The notes below the pieces were generated by a model, which did no database searches, was not told the origin of the DNA, and worked only from the letters and a program-made list of their open reading frames with translations. A program made the translations under genes and the position numbers. Positions 39,590 to 49,070 of a DNA stretch of 64,000 bases are shown here, in pieces. Positions within the stretch are counted from its first letter, which is position 1, and every line of letters starts with the position of its first letter. Source of the DNA: Spirochaetia bacterium. Lineage in GTDB: Bacteria; Spirochaetota; Spirochaetia; SZUA-6; Bin103. The DNA lies in the NCBI GenBank assembly GCA_965199955.1, contig CBDATQ010000002.1, positions 384,001 to 448,000 of the forward strand. Reading direction: 5' to 3'.

Positions 39590-42574
39590 TTGACGTACTT
39601 CCTCGAACGGGGCGCGCCGGTCACGCGCGTCCTGCGGGTGGCCCTGTTCCTGGCGCTGGCCCTGCCGGCTGCCGCTCAGGATGCCCGCGAACTCTATCAA
39701 CGAGGCGCCGACGCCTTCGCCGACGGTCTGTTCTCCAATGCGGTGCAGTCGTTCGACACGCTGGCCGAACGCTATCCGGACTCGGAGCTGCGCGCGGACG
39801 CCACCTTCCTGCTCGCGCTCGCCCACTACCATCTGGGGCACCATGCGAACTCGTACGACCTGTTGGGGTCGTTCGCCCGGTTGTTCCCGGACTCCGAGCA
39901 CGTCGCGGTCCTCGGCCACTGGCAGGCGGCCATCCGCCTGGCGCAGGGGCGGGCGACCGAGGCGGTCGAGCGGGCCGAGCGGCAACTGGAGCGCACGGAC
40001 ACACCGCCGGAGTACCGGTGGCGCACCCTGCTGCTGCACGCCACCGCACTGGAGCAGGACGGCCGCGCGGAGGATGCCGAGCGCGCCTACCTGGCCTTGG
40101 TCAGCGAACTGCCGGCGTCGCAGCAGGCCGACGCGCTGTTCCGGGCGGGACAGCTCGCCTACCAGGCCGGCCGCTATGCTGAGGCGGCAGAGACATTCGG
40201 GCGCATCGTGCTGGCGCACTCGGGCAGCCCCCGCGCGCCGCAGGCGCTGTACGCGCAGGCCGATGCCTCGCTGCTGGCCGGGCAGCCCGCTGCAGCGGCG
40301 GAACGCTTCAGCCGGTACCTGGAACTGTTCCCCTCAGGTCCCCTGGCGGGAGCGGCGCTCAGGCGCCTTCCGTTCCTGTACCTGAGCATGGAGGAGTTCG
40401 CATCGGCGGCACAGTGGGCCGACGCGGCGCTGGAGGAAGGACACGCGGCCGACCTCGCCGCCCGGCTGCTGCAGGTCAAGGGTGAGGCGGCGCTGCAGCT
40501 CGGCGACCCGGCGGGCGCGGTCACGGAGCTGACGGCAGCGCTGGCCGGCGGCCTCGATCCGGGCGACGCGCAACGGGCCGACTACTACCTCGCGCTTGCC
40601 TACTTGCAGACTGGTCAGCGGGTGCCGGGGCTGGAGTCGCTGCAGGATGCCGGTGACGGGCCGGACGCCGGCGTGGCGGCACGCGCCGTCCTGAACCGTG
40701 CCTACCTTCTGATCGAGGACGGAGCGCTGGAAGAGGGCGTGACGGCGCTGGAGGACTTCGCGGAGCGGTTTCCCAATCACCCGCGCATCACGGAGGCGCT
40801 GCAGATCCTGGCGCAGACGCGGGAGGCGCTGGAGGACACGGAGGCGGCGCTCGACGCCTGGGAACGGCTGTGGCGGGTGGCGGAGGCAACGGACTCGACC
40901 GCCATGCTGGCTGCCGCCGGTCCGGGGGACGTGTCGATGGCCGGGTTGCTGCGCGTGGCTGATGCCGCGGTCGCCGTCGACCAGGACACTCGCGCACTCC
41001 GGGTACTCGCGGATCTGCGGGAGTTCGGTTCGGCTCCCGAGTCGCTGGAGGCGATCTATCGCATCGGCCGCATCTACGGCGCGCGCGGCGAGCACAAGCG
41101 CGCCGCCGACTTCTACCGGGAGGTCGTGGACGCCGGCCCGTCGGGGGAGCTCAAGTGGCGTGCCCGCCTGGCTCTGGGAGCGGAGCTGTACAACGCCGGA
41201 GCGTACGAAGAGGCGCTGATCTACCTGCGCGACGGACACGGCGCCAGCGTCTGGGAACCGTATCGCCACCTGGCGCTGGGTCGCGTGTACTACCGGCTGC
41301 GGCGGTCGGACGAGGCGAACACCGCTCTGGCGGTGGCGGCGCAGGCGCCCGATGCGGCGGTCGCGGTCGAAGCCTCCTACCTGTATGCCGCCGCCCACTA
41401 TCAGGGCGGACGCTACGATCCGGCGCGCGACGCGTACCTGGCTTTCGCAGAGCGGTTTCCCGCGGCTGCCCAGGTGCCGTCGGCGTTCTACCGCGCCGCC
41501 CTCAGCGAACTGCGCATGGACCGGCCCGATCAGGCGCGTGATCTTCTCGTCACCGCCCTCGGGACCATCGAATCGCGGGAAGTCCGCGCGGGACAGGGAG
41601 TGGCGGCGGGGCAGGCCGGCGCCGGGACCGGCGGCGTCGACCTGGCGCACGAGGTCCTGTACATGCTGGTGGAGGGTGCGCTCCTCGCCGGCAGCACGGA
41701 CGAGGCGGGGGCCGCCCTGGAGAAGCTGCGGCAGCGGGCGCCGGCCGGCCTCATGGCGGCGGAAGCGGGTCTGCGGTACGGGGAGTACCTGATCGCGCAC
41801 GGCCAGGAGGAAGCGGGCCTGCAGGTTCTGCAGCAGGTCGCGGCGGACGCCGGGGAGGACGGGCCCGGACGGCGGGCGCTGTCGTCCGCGGCGACGGCGG
41901 CGGAGGCGCTCGGCCGCCACGCCGACGCCGCCGATCTCCACTGGCGTACGCTGTTGGCCGCCCACGACACCGGCCTTCGCGAGCGGGCCCTGGAGGGGTT
42001 GCGCGCGAGCCTTCAGGCGATCGGCGCGGCGAGCGCCAGGCGCTACTATCTGGTTGCCGCGGTTTCCGACGAGGCCACGCTGCCCGCCGAGGTACGCGCT
42101 CGCGTGCTGTACGACTACGCGATGCTGATCCAGACGGACGACGCCGTCTCGATCCTGGAGGAGGCGCTCCCCGATCTGAGCCCGGGGCCGGAACGGGACG
42201 ACGGGTACTTCCTGCTCGCCGAGCGTTACCGTCAGGCCGGTGAGCCGCAGCGCGCGATCGATGCCTATCGCGTGGTTTCGGAGGTCGCGGTGGCCGGCGG
42301 CGGCAGGCAGGCGGAGGCGCACCTGCGCCGGGCTCAGCTCATGGTGGAGACCGACGGCGAACAGGCGGCCGCCGACGAGCTTGCGAACGTGGCGCTGCGG
42401 TTCCCCGGCGAGGTCGAGATCGCTGCCGAGGCGCTCTATTACGCCGTGGGGCTGTGGCGGAACAACGGCGCGGAACGAGCAGCCAACCGCCTGCAGGACC
42501 GGCTGTACGAACGCTACCCGGACAGCGAGTGGACGGAGCGCCTGCGCAAGGAGCGGCGGGGCTCGGAAGGCTGA
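39590..42574 (+). CDS. Large exported tetratricopeptide-repeat protein
   Basis: Signal peptide then many TPR/BamD-like repeats (ERYPDSE, ELFPSGP, ERFPNHP); start 39590 or slightly downstream. Confidence 0.88.
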   Translation: MTYFLERGAPVTRVLRVALFLALALPAAAQDARELYQRGADAFADGLFSNAVQSFDTLAERYPDSELRADATFLLALAHYHLGHHANSYDLLGSFARLFPDSEHVAVLGHWQAAIRLAQGRATEAVERAERQLERTDTPPEYRWRTLLLHATALEQDGRAEDAERAYLALVSELPASQQADALFRAGQLAYQAGRYAEAAETFGRIVLAHSGSPRAPQALYAQADASLLAGQPAAAAERFSRYLELFPSGPLAGAALRRLPFLYLSMEEFASAAQWADAALEEGHAADLAARLLQVKGEAALQLGDPAGAVTELTAALAGGLDPGDAQRADYYLALAYLQTGQRVPGLESLQDAGDGPDAGVAARAVLNRAYLLIEDGALEEGVTALEDFAERFPNHPRITEALQILAQTREALEDTEAALDAWERLWRVAEATDSTAMLAAAGPGDVSMAGLLRVADAAVAVDQDTRALRVLADLREFGSAPESLEAIYRIGRIYGARGEHKRAADFYREVVDAGPSGELKWRARLALGAELYNAGAYEEALIYLRDGHGASVWEPYRHLALGRVYYRLRRSDEANTALAVAAQAPDAAVAVEASYLYAAAHYQGGRYDPARDAYLAFAERFPAAAQVPSAFYRAALSELRMDRPDQARDLLVTALGTIESREVRAGQGVAAGQAGAGTGGVDLAHEVLYMLVEGALLAGSTDEAGAALEKLRQRAPAGLMAAEAGLRYGEYLIAHGQEEAGLQVLQQVAADAGEDGPGRRALSSAATAAEALGRHADAADLHWRTLLAAHDTGLRERALEGLRASLQAIGAASARRYYLVAAVSDEATLPAEVRARVLYDYAMLIQTDDAVSILEEALPDLSPGPERDDGYFLLAERYRQAGEPQRAIDAYRVVSEVAVAGGGRQAEAHLRRAQLMVETDGEQAAADELANVALRFPGEVEIAAEALYYAVGLWRNNGAERAANRLQDRLYERYPDSEWTERLRKERRGSEG

Positions 42575-42611
42575 CGGCCGCCGGGCACGCGTAAGGTGGG
42601 GATGGGGGGCG

Positions 42612-43877
42612 CTATTCCCGGGAGCGCTGCTGCCGGGCACGGCGCTGCAGAAGCACGGCCCGGTAGCCGCGCCGGCGCCGGTCCTGCCGTTTCACCATCC
42701 CGGTCGCGGCGCACCCACGCGAAGCATGCCGCTCACTTGGCGAGCGCTGCTCACGCAGTGAGCGCAGCGCCCGGTCGACGGGGGTGCTCGACCCGATCAG
42801 GAGCAGGCGGCCCTCGGGCGCCAGCAACGTGTCCACGGCTTCGGGTATCCATCGCCACCAGGGGCCGTCGGTCTCGCCGTGCGTGGCGACCACGGCGCTG
42901 TAGCGCGCGCTACAGCGCGGGCCGGGTCCCGTTGCGTCGGCGATCGACGGAGCGTGCAAGCCGGCGGCGGCGACGCCGTGGTGCCGAAGGTTGTGGCGGG
43001 CGGTCTCGATCTGCAGGAGGTCGCGGCTGCCGACGGTTATCGCCGGCCGCGCGCCTTCCGTCGCTGCCAGGCCACACGCGGTGAGCCCCTGCCCCGGATT
43101 CCAGATCAGCACGCGAGGACCCAGGGCACTGGCGCACGCCAGCGGCTCGGCGGCGCGCAGGGAGTAGGGGACGGCATCGAAGTCCGGCAGTCCCCAGGCC
43201 GTCTGCAGCCGCACGGCCTGCCCGCCGTAGTGGAACTCCGCGTCGCCCCGAAGGTAGGCGGCAAGCCCGTCCTGGCCGGGTGGAGGGTCGCCGGGTGCGG
43301 CCATGGCCGTCTCGGCCACGAGGACCGTATGCGCCCGCAGCTCGCGCCGGTGCAGGATGCGCGCGCGCCCCTGCAGGGCTCGCTCGACCACGTCCTGCCG
43401 TGGCCGGATCACGACCAGGGCCAGGTAACCCTCCGGAGCCGCGGCGGCGGCCTGGCGCACCAGCAGGCGGAGCACGGGTTCACCCACCTTGGCCGGCAGG
43501 TTGGCCGCGATCAGGTCGAACGGGCCGCGGGCCGCAGGAACCCCCAGACAGCCGATCGCGGCGGCGCGGGACCCGTCATTCTCCCGTGCGTTGAGAGCGC
43601 TGACGGCGACCGCCAGCGCGTCCCGGTCGCTCAGGATGACGTGCGCGCGCGGCCACAGAGCAGACAGCGCCACCCCGATGACCCCGCTTCCGGAGCCCAG
43701 GTCCAGCGCGCGCCGAACCGGCAGGTCACCGAGACGTTCGGCGATCGTATCCAGGAGCGCGCGTGTACCCGTATCGATGTCGTCTCCGCTGAACAGCGAC
43801 TGCGACAACCAGAACTGCAGGTCTCCCCCGGCGCAGGGAAGGACGACCCGCTTGTGCAGCAGCCCGTGCGCCCGCAA
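42612..43877 (-). CDS. Class I SAM methyltransferase, RsmC/MTS-like, with second degenerate MTase domain; start uncertain
   Basis: LFSGDDIDTGTRALL, LDLGSGSG, DRDALAV, FDLIAANLP; second repeat WNPGQG...SRDLLQ. Confidence 0.8.
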   Translation of the reverse strand: MRAHGLLHKRVVLPCAGGDLQFWLSQSLFSGDDIDTGTRALLDTIAERLGDLPVRRALDLGSGSGVIGVALSALWPRAHVILSDRDALAVAVSALNARENDGSRAAAIGCLGVPAARGPFDLIAANLPAKVGEPVLRLLVRQAAAAAPEGYLALVVIRPRQDVVERALQGRARILHRRELRAHTVLVAETAMAAPGDPPPGQDGLAAYLRGDAEFHYGGQAVRLQTAWGLPDFDAVPYSLRAAEPLACASALGPRVLIWNPGQGLTACGLAATEGARPAITVGSRDLLQIETARHNLRHHGVAAAGLHAPSIADATGPGPRCSARYSAVVATHGETDGPWWRWIPEAVDTLLAPEGRLLLIGSSTPVDRALRSLREQRSPSERHASRGCAATGMVKRQDRRRRGYRAVLLQRRARQQRSRE

Positions 43878-43948
43878 CGCGCCAGCCGACGGTGCTCCCT
43901 CCCCGAGGGGCTCGACGGGGGCTGCGCGGTCGCCGGTGATGGGTGGGA

Positions 43949-44506
43949 TCAGGCCCGTTCGACGTACGCGCCCGTGGTCGTGTTGACGACGATGCGGTCG
44001 CCGGTCTTGATGAACAGGGGGACCTGCAGTGTCAGGCCGGTCTCCGTGGTGGCCGGCTTGGTGGCGCCCGTGGCGGTGTCGCCGCGTTCGGCGTGCGGCG
44101 CGTCGGTCACCTCCAGCTTCATCTTCAGCGGAAGCTGCACCGCGAGCGGATCCTCTCCCCACATCAGCACCTGATAGGACTCGCCCTCCTTCAGGAAGCG
44201 GATGACGCTCTCATCGACGCTGGCTGCGGGAACATTGAACTGGTCGTAGGAACCGACATCCATGAACACGAGGTAGTCGGCATCCGAGTACAGATACTGC
44301 GCGTCCCGCGCCTCCACGTCGGCTTCCTCGACCGTCTCATGCGACTTGATCACTTCACGGATCACCTGTCCGGTGCGTGCGTGCTTGAGCTTCAGCCGGA
44401 CGAATGCCGATCCCTTGCCCGGATTGACGAACTCGCGATCGGTGACCAGGTAAGGGTCTCCCCGGAACAGCACGTGTATTCCCTTGTCGATAGCGCCTGC
44501 TTTCAT
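43949..44506 (-). CDS. efp: Elongation factor P
   Basis: VNPGKGSAF loop, QYLY, RGDTATGATKPA, VPLFI, YVERA. Confidence 0.98.
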   Translation of the reverse strand: MKAGAIDKGIHVLFRGDPYLVTDREFVNPGKGSAFVRLKLKHARTGQVIREVIKSHETVEEADVEARDAQYLYSDADYLVFMDVGSYDQFNVPAASVDESVIRFLKEGESYQVLMWGEDPLAVQLPLKMKLEVTDAPHAERGDTATGATKPATTETGLTLQVPLFIKTGDRIVVNTTTGAYVERA

Positions 44507-44531
44507 TTCGCCTTGAACCGCCCGGACCCTA

Positions 44532-45518
44532 TCACAGCCGGAGCGCATGGTGCAGCGGAAAGGGGATCACCTGGCTGATCTCCTGTCGCCGGTCGAGCGC
44601 CATGAGCAGCCGTTCCACGCCGAGCGCCACGCCGGCACAGATCTCCGGGCCGCCGCGTACCTCATCGGCCATCGCCCGGTCGGGGGGATGAAGGATCATG
44701 GCGATGCGACGCTTGCGTGCATCCTCCCCCTCGATGACCCGAGCCAGTCGTTCGGCGTCGGTCTCTTCCTGAAAACAGTTGGCGACTTCCAGTCCCCGCG
44801 CGTACAGTTCCCATCGCCGGCAGTACGGGGTGTCCCTGATCGGCTGCGCGAAGGTGGGCACGCGACGCGGATACTCGTAGACGACCGTACCGCGGTCGTC
44901 GGGCAGGCCCGGCTCCACCGCGGCCAGCCAGACGCGGTTGAATACCTGCTCCCAGGTGTCGTCGCCGGCGGTGCGCACGCCCGCCGACTCCGCCGCGCGA
45001 CGGAAGCGGTCCCGGTCGTCGACGGCGTCCAGATCGATCCCGGAGGCCCGCAACACGGCGTCACGGACCGTGATGCGGTCGAACGGGACCGGCAGCGGAG
45101 CCTCAGCCGGCAGCGACGACACGAGCCGTTCCAACCGGGCCACCTCGGTCAGATACTCGCTGCCGGGCGAATACCACTCCAGCATGGTGAACTCCGGACT
45201 GTGCGTACGGTCCAGCTCGGCGCCGTTGCGGAACGCGGAGGCGAGCTGGAAGATCGGCCCCGAGCCCAGGGCGATGAGTCGGCGCATGTGGCGTTCCGGC
45301 GACGGGCTCAGGTACAGCGGCAGACCCTCGTCCCGGGCGCTATCCGTTACCGGGCGATGCAGCCGCGTCGCGAAGACCTCGATGGCAGGCTCCGGCAGCA
45401 GTGTGGGCGAAGCGAGCGGCGTGCTCACCTCGAGGTAGCCGGCGTCGGCGAAGAATGCGCGGATGGCCGCCAGGATCCGGGTGTGCCGGAGCGAGCGGGC
45501 AAGCGGCGATCCCGTCAC
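44532..45518 (-). CDS. epmA: EF-P lysine aminoacylase (GenX/PoxA)
   Basis: LysRS catalytic domain without anticodon domain: YLSPSPE, FRN, HSPEFTMLEWY, RWELYARGLEVANCFQE, GVALGVERL; adjacent to efp. Confidence 0.93.
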   Translation of the reverse strand: MTGSPLARSLRHTRILAAIRAFFADAGYLEVSTPLASPTLLPEPAIEVFATRLHRPVTDSARDEGLPLYLSPSPERHMRRLIALGSGPIFQLASAFRNGAELDRTHSPEFTMLEWYSPGSEYLTEVARLERLVSSLPAEAPLPVPFDRITVRDAVLRASGIDLDAVDDRDRFRRAAESAGVRTAGDDTWEQVFNRVWLAAVEPGLPDDRGTVVYEYPRRVPTFAQPIRDTPYCRRWELYARGLEVANCFQEETDAERLARVIEGEDARKRRIAMILHPPDRAMADEVRGGPEICAGVALGVERLLMALDRRQEISQVIPFPLHHALRL

Positions 45519-45640
45519 GACGGAGTCCGGCGGGTGCGCCCCGGTGGCCGGAGACTGCCGCTTGCATGGCGATCCGGCAGACTCCTATACTCCCGCGTCC
45601 GGCCACCCTGGGTGGTTAAGCACCTTACTGCCATCTGCGC

Positions 45641-46567
45641 ATGAACCTCGATATCTTCGTCCTCGGCACCGGTGGCATGATGCCGCTGCCGGGCCGCGGC
45701 CTGACCTCCGTGCTGGTGCGACGCGAAGGCGACCTGCTGCTGTTCGACTGCGGCGAGGGCACGCAGATCGCGTTCCGCCGCCTCAACCTGAAGTGGAAGA
45801 AGATCACGAGCATCTTCATTTCTCACACGCACGCGGACCACGTCACCGGACTGCCCGGAATGCTGTCGCTGTCGTCGCAGGTTGACCGGTCGGAGCCGCT
45901 GTACATTTACGGCCCCCCGCGCATCCGGCAGTACGTCGAGCAGACCTTGCGCGTGCTGGATATCTACATCAACTACGAGATCATCGTGCACGAGTTCTAC
46001 GACGACGTCACCGTCGTGGAGGGTGACGGATACCGCGTCGACTCGCTGCGCGTACGGCACACCAAGCCCTGCCTGGGTTACCGGCTGGTGGAGGAGTCTC
46101 GTCCCGGACAGTTTCATCCCGAGCAGGCGTTCGCCGCCGGTGTTCCACGCGGACCGCTGTGGTCGACGCTGCAGCGTGGCGAAGCGGTGACGCTGGATGA
46201 GGGCACCGTGGTGGAACCGGAGACCGTGGTAGGGCCGCCGCGCCCCGGACGCACCTTCAGCTTCGTCACCGATACGGCGGCCTTTTCCGGTCTGGCGCCG
46301 TTCGTGGCCGGATCCGATCTGCTGATCTGTGAAGGCATGTTCTGTGCCGACCTTGCCGCCGACGCGGGCGCCAAGAAGCACCTCACCGCGCAGCAGGCGG
46401 GCCGAATCGCCCGCGCCGCCGGGGTGGGGCGCATGGGACTGATCCACTACAGTCCGCGCTACACCGAGCGCGACCTCCGGCAACTGGTCGGCGAGGCACG
46501 GGCGGAGTTCGCGGAGTCATTCCTGACTCGCGATCTGCAGGAGTTGAGCGTGCAGTACCGGGAGTGA
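45641..46567 (+). CDS. rnz: Ribonuclease Z
   Basis: LGTGG, FDCGEGTQ, SHTHADHVTG, exosite GVPRGP, TDT, IHYSPRY. Confidence 0.96.
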   Translation: MNLDIFVLGTGGMMPLPGRGLTSVLVRREGDLLLFDCGEGTQIAFRRLNLKWKKITSIFISHTHADHVTGLPGMLSLSSQVDRSEPLYIYGPPRIRQYVEQTLRVLDIYINYEIIVHEFYDDVTVVEGDGYRVDSLRVRHTKPCLGYRLVEESRPGQFHPEQAFAAGVPRGPLWSTLQRGEAVTLDEGTVVEPETVVGPPRPGRTFSFVTDTAAFSGLAPFVAGSDLLICEGMFCADLAADAGAKKHLTAQQAGRIARAAGVGRMGLIHYSPRYTERDLRQLVGEARAEFAESFLTRDLQELSVQYRE

Positions 46568-46596
46568 CGTTCCCGGCCCGCTGCAACGGTGGGCGC

Positions 46597-46941
46597 TCAG
46601 TCCGAGTCGTCGCGACCGGCACGAAGTTCCCGAACCTCGCGCCGCAGGTCGTCAATCTCCGAGCGAATGGCACGCACATCCCGCTCGATGCCGGCCGGAA
46701 GCATTCCGGCGCCCGGCTCCGGATCTCCCGCACCGTCCTCCCGTCCAGGTTTCGTCAGCTCGGCCGCCAGCGGCAACGGGCCGACGGTGCCGGCGACCGA
46801 CAGCGACCAGCGCTTGACCCAGACCCCACCGCCGGCTTCGATGGCTCCTGCGGGTTCGGAGGCGCGGTCCCTGTCCGCTAGGTGTGGCCTGTCCGCTAGG
46901 TGTGGGCTGTCTGCTATGTGCGGGTCGGCAGCGTGTGGCAT
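46597..46941 (-). CDS. Hypothetical small protein with 6-aa N-terminal repeats and C-terminal coiled coil
   Basis: PHxADx repeats; heptads VRAIRSEIDDLRREVRELR. Confidence 0.4.
   Translation of the reverse strand: MPHAADPHIADSPHLADRPHLADRDRASEPAGAIEAGGGVWVKRWSLSVAGTVGPLPLAAELTKPGREDGAGDPEPGAGMLPAGIERDVRAIRSEIDDLRREVRELRAGRDDSD
46870..46923. repeat. 18-bp tandem repeat, 2 perfect copies plus 1 degenerate copy
   Basis: CCTGTCCGCTAGGTGTGG x2 then GCTGTCTGCTATGTGCGG. Confidence 0.85.
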
Positions 46942-47097
46942 GTCCGGAGCGTCGCCGGGGCCGTTCCCTAGCCGGCGGCTTCCTCCAGTATGAGCTCGCC
47001 GAAGGCCGTGATGTCAACGGAACCGGTCGCACCTCCGCCCTCAACGCGGGCCGGGCCGGTGCCGACCATCAAGAGGGTAGGGGGCACAACGGTAGGG

Positions 47098-47670
47098 ATG
47101 GGAATACTTCGCGGTCTGTCGTGCGCGGTCACCGCCTACTTCGTGTACACCGTCCTGAACCTGGTGACCGTCGCTATCGCGATGGACCGCATGCAGGAGC
47201 ATCGGGAGGCGCTGCAACGGAACGTGGAGGCGCTGCAGGAGATCAACCAGTACCTGCAGGCGGAGTTCGACGCGCTGTCCACCAGCCCCGATCTGATCAG
47301 GCTGTACGCGCGGGATCTCGGCCTGTATGCGCCCGGCGAGCGGGTGATCCGCCTGCAGGGTACCGGCGAACGACCCTCGTTCTTCGAAGCGGGCGCCGTG
47401 GTAACGGAGAGCAAGCCGCCGAAGGCGCCCCGCCTGGCGTTTCTTCTGGCCGGCCTGGCCGTGGGAGGGCTGCTCTATGTGCGACTCAGGTTCGGTGAAC
47501 GATCGCAGGGCGATGGACGATCGCAGGGCGATGGACGATCGCGGAGCGATGGACGATCGCGCGGCGATGAACGCGCGCGCCGCCACCGTGCTGCCCGCAC
47601 GTCACCGCGGCGTCATGCCGATTTGCTGCCGCGTGCTGCGTCGTGGCGGGCTGGCGATCCTGCCCGGTGA
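47098..47670 (+). CDS. Septum formation initiator family protein (FtsB/DivIC-like)
   Basis: TM, coiled coil, LSTSPDLIRLYARDLGLYAPGERVI, second TM. Confidence 0.8.
   Translation: MGILRGLSCAVTAYFVYTVLNLVTVAIAMDRMQEHREALQRNVEALQEINQYLQAEFDALSTSPDLIRLYARDLGLYAPGERVIRLQGTGERPSFFEAGAVVTESKPPKAPRLAFLLAGLAVGGLLYVRLRFGERSQGDGRSQGDGRSRSDGRSRGDERARRHRAARTSPRRHADLLPRAASWRAGDPAR
47495..47584 (+). repeat. 18-bp tandem repeat, five copies, each beginning with a start codon
   Basis: GTGAACGATCGCAGGGCG / ATGGACGATCGCAGGGCG / ATGGACGATCGCGGAGCG / ATGGACGATCGCGCGGCG / ATGAACGCGCGCGCCGCC. Confidence 0.9.
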
Positions 47671-48160
47671 CACGATCTACGGCCTGATCGGTGCCGCCCC
47701 GGCGGCCGAGGCGCGCATCCGGCGGACCAAGAGCCGGGCGGAAGACCGGCCGCTCCTTGTGCTGATCCCCGACCGGACCTGGCTGTGGCGCTGCGGGGCA
47801 GCGGGCGAGCCTCCGGAACGCCTGTTGGAGTACTGGCCGGGAGCGCTGACTATCGTGCTGCCGCGTGCCGGCGGTGGGACCGTCGGGGTGCGAGTGCCGG
47901 ACGATCCGTTCCTGTGCCGGCTGGCGCGCTGCGTGGGCGCGCCGCTGTTTTCGACCAGCGTCAACCGATCGGGGCTTCCCCCGCTGTCACGGTTGAGCCA
48001 GATCGTGGCCGCGTTCGGTGCATCGGTGGACCTGATCGTCGACGCGGGCGAGCTCGGCTCTCCGGTGCCGTCGACCGTGGTCGATGCCACGACGCGGCCC
48101 TGCCGGCTGCTCAGGCAGGGTTCGGTCGATCTGCCCGCGGAGGTGCTGGCCCGTCCCTGA
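47567..48160 (+). CDS. tsaC: L-threonylcarbamoyladenylate synthase (YrdC/Sua5); start may be any of 47495-47567
   Basis: PGDTIYGL, KSR, WPGALT, VGVRVP, STSVNRSG, PSTVVD, LLRQG. Confidence 0.9.
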   Translation: MNARAATVLPARHRGVMPICCRVLRRGGLAILPGDTIYGLIGAAPAAEARIRRTKSRAEDRPLLVLIPDRTWLWRCGAAGEPPERLLEYWPGALTIVLPRAGGGTVGVRVPDDPFLCRLARCVGAPLFSTSVNRSGLPPLSRLSQIVAAFGASVDLIVDAGELGSPVPSTVVDATTRPCRLLRQGSVDLPAEVLARP

Positions 48161-48183
48161 GGCTGCCCGTTCTCCGATGCTGC

Positions 48184-49008
48184 TCAGCCGCCGGCCCCGG
48201 AGTTGACGCCCGCTGCCACGGCAGCCTGCAGGGAGGGCATCAGGTGCCGGTAGTGGGACAGGAATACCTGTTGAATGCCGAAGAAGCGGCGCTCCAGCTC
48301 GGCGCCGGCGCGGCCCACGTACCGGAAGTGCCACGGTTCGTACTGATAGCCGGTGACGTCCTCCAGCCCCTGCGGATAGGAGAGCGAGAATCCGAAGCGC
48401 CAGGCATTGGCCAGCACCCACTGTCCCTCGTGCGTTTCCCCGTAACCCAGGTCGATGCTTCCGAAGTCGACGGCCGTTCCGAGCTGATGCTGGGAGTGGC
48501 CGGGTCTCGCAACCAGGGTCGACGCCTGCTCCAGGCCAAGTTGCTCCACGTTGTAGTCGAACAGGAAATCCTGCCGGGCGTAGGAGCGATAGGCAGAAGA
48601 AATGGTCACGTCGGTGCCGGCCAGGCGCGCCGCCGCCGTCATGGCGGCCAGGTCGGGCAGGACGAAGGCCCGCAGGGTCATGGACGGCCGCGTGACCGTG
48701 AGGCCCCGGCCGTCGAGATCGACCAAGTCGACAGGCCGGTAGTCCTCGGCGAGCGCGTGCTCCTTGTCGACCAGCACCAGCAGGTCGGCCGGCTGATCGA
48801 GCGTCTTGGCCATCAGGTCCAGGAACACGGCCGGCTCGGCAAGGATCCGCTCCTGCACGGATTCCGGGAGCGGCTCGATCAGAGCCGTCAGATCCTCCAG
48901 CGTGACACCGAATGCCGCGTGCAGCGACGCCGGTTCCTCCGGTCCCGCGCAGGCTGACAGCATGACCGCGGCCGCCAGGGCTATCGCCAACGCCCTCCCA
49001 AGCCCCAT
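48184..49008 (-). CDS. M15B D-alanyl-D-alanine carboxypeptidase (VanY-like), probable lipoprotein
   Basis: Lipobox LSAC, SAYRS, PGHSQHQLGTAVD, YEPWHFRYVG. Confidence 0.92.
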   Translation of the reverse strand: MGLGRALAIALAAAVMLSACAGPEEPASLHAAFGVTLEDLTALIEPLPESVQERILAEPAVFLDLMAKTLDQPADLLVLVDKEHALAEDYRPVDLVDLDGRGLTVTRPSMTLRAFVLPDLAAMTAAARLAGTDVTISSAYRSYARQDFLFDYNVEQLGLEQASTLVARPGHSQHQLGTAVDFGSIDLGYGETHEGQWVLANAWRFGFSLSYPQGLEDVTGYQYEPWHFRYVGRAGAELERRFFGIQQVFLSHYRHLMPSLQAAVAAGVNSGAGG

Positions 49009-49070
49009 TTGAGAGATCCCGGTGCGGGGGCACACCGGGCCGCCGAGGCCGAACCCTGTGCGGGGGCCGG

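Noticed and set aside
46870..47584. Possible CRISPR array
   Set aside because: Repeats are adjacent 18-mers with no unique spacers, lie in coding frames, and there are no cas genes
48184..49008. Vancomycin-resistance locus
   Set aside because: Lone VanY-like M15B carboxypeptidase with no vanHAX or vanRS; a common housekeeping enzyme
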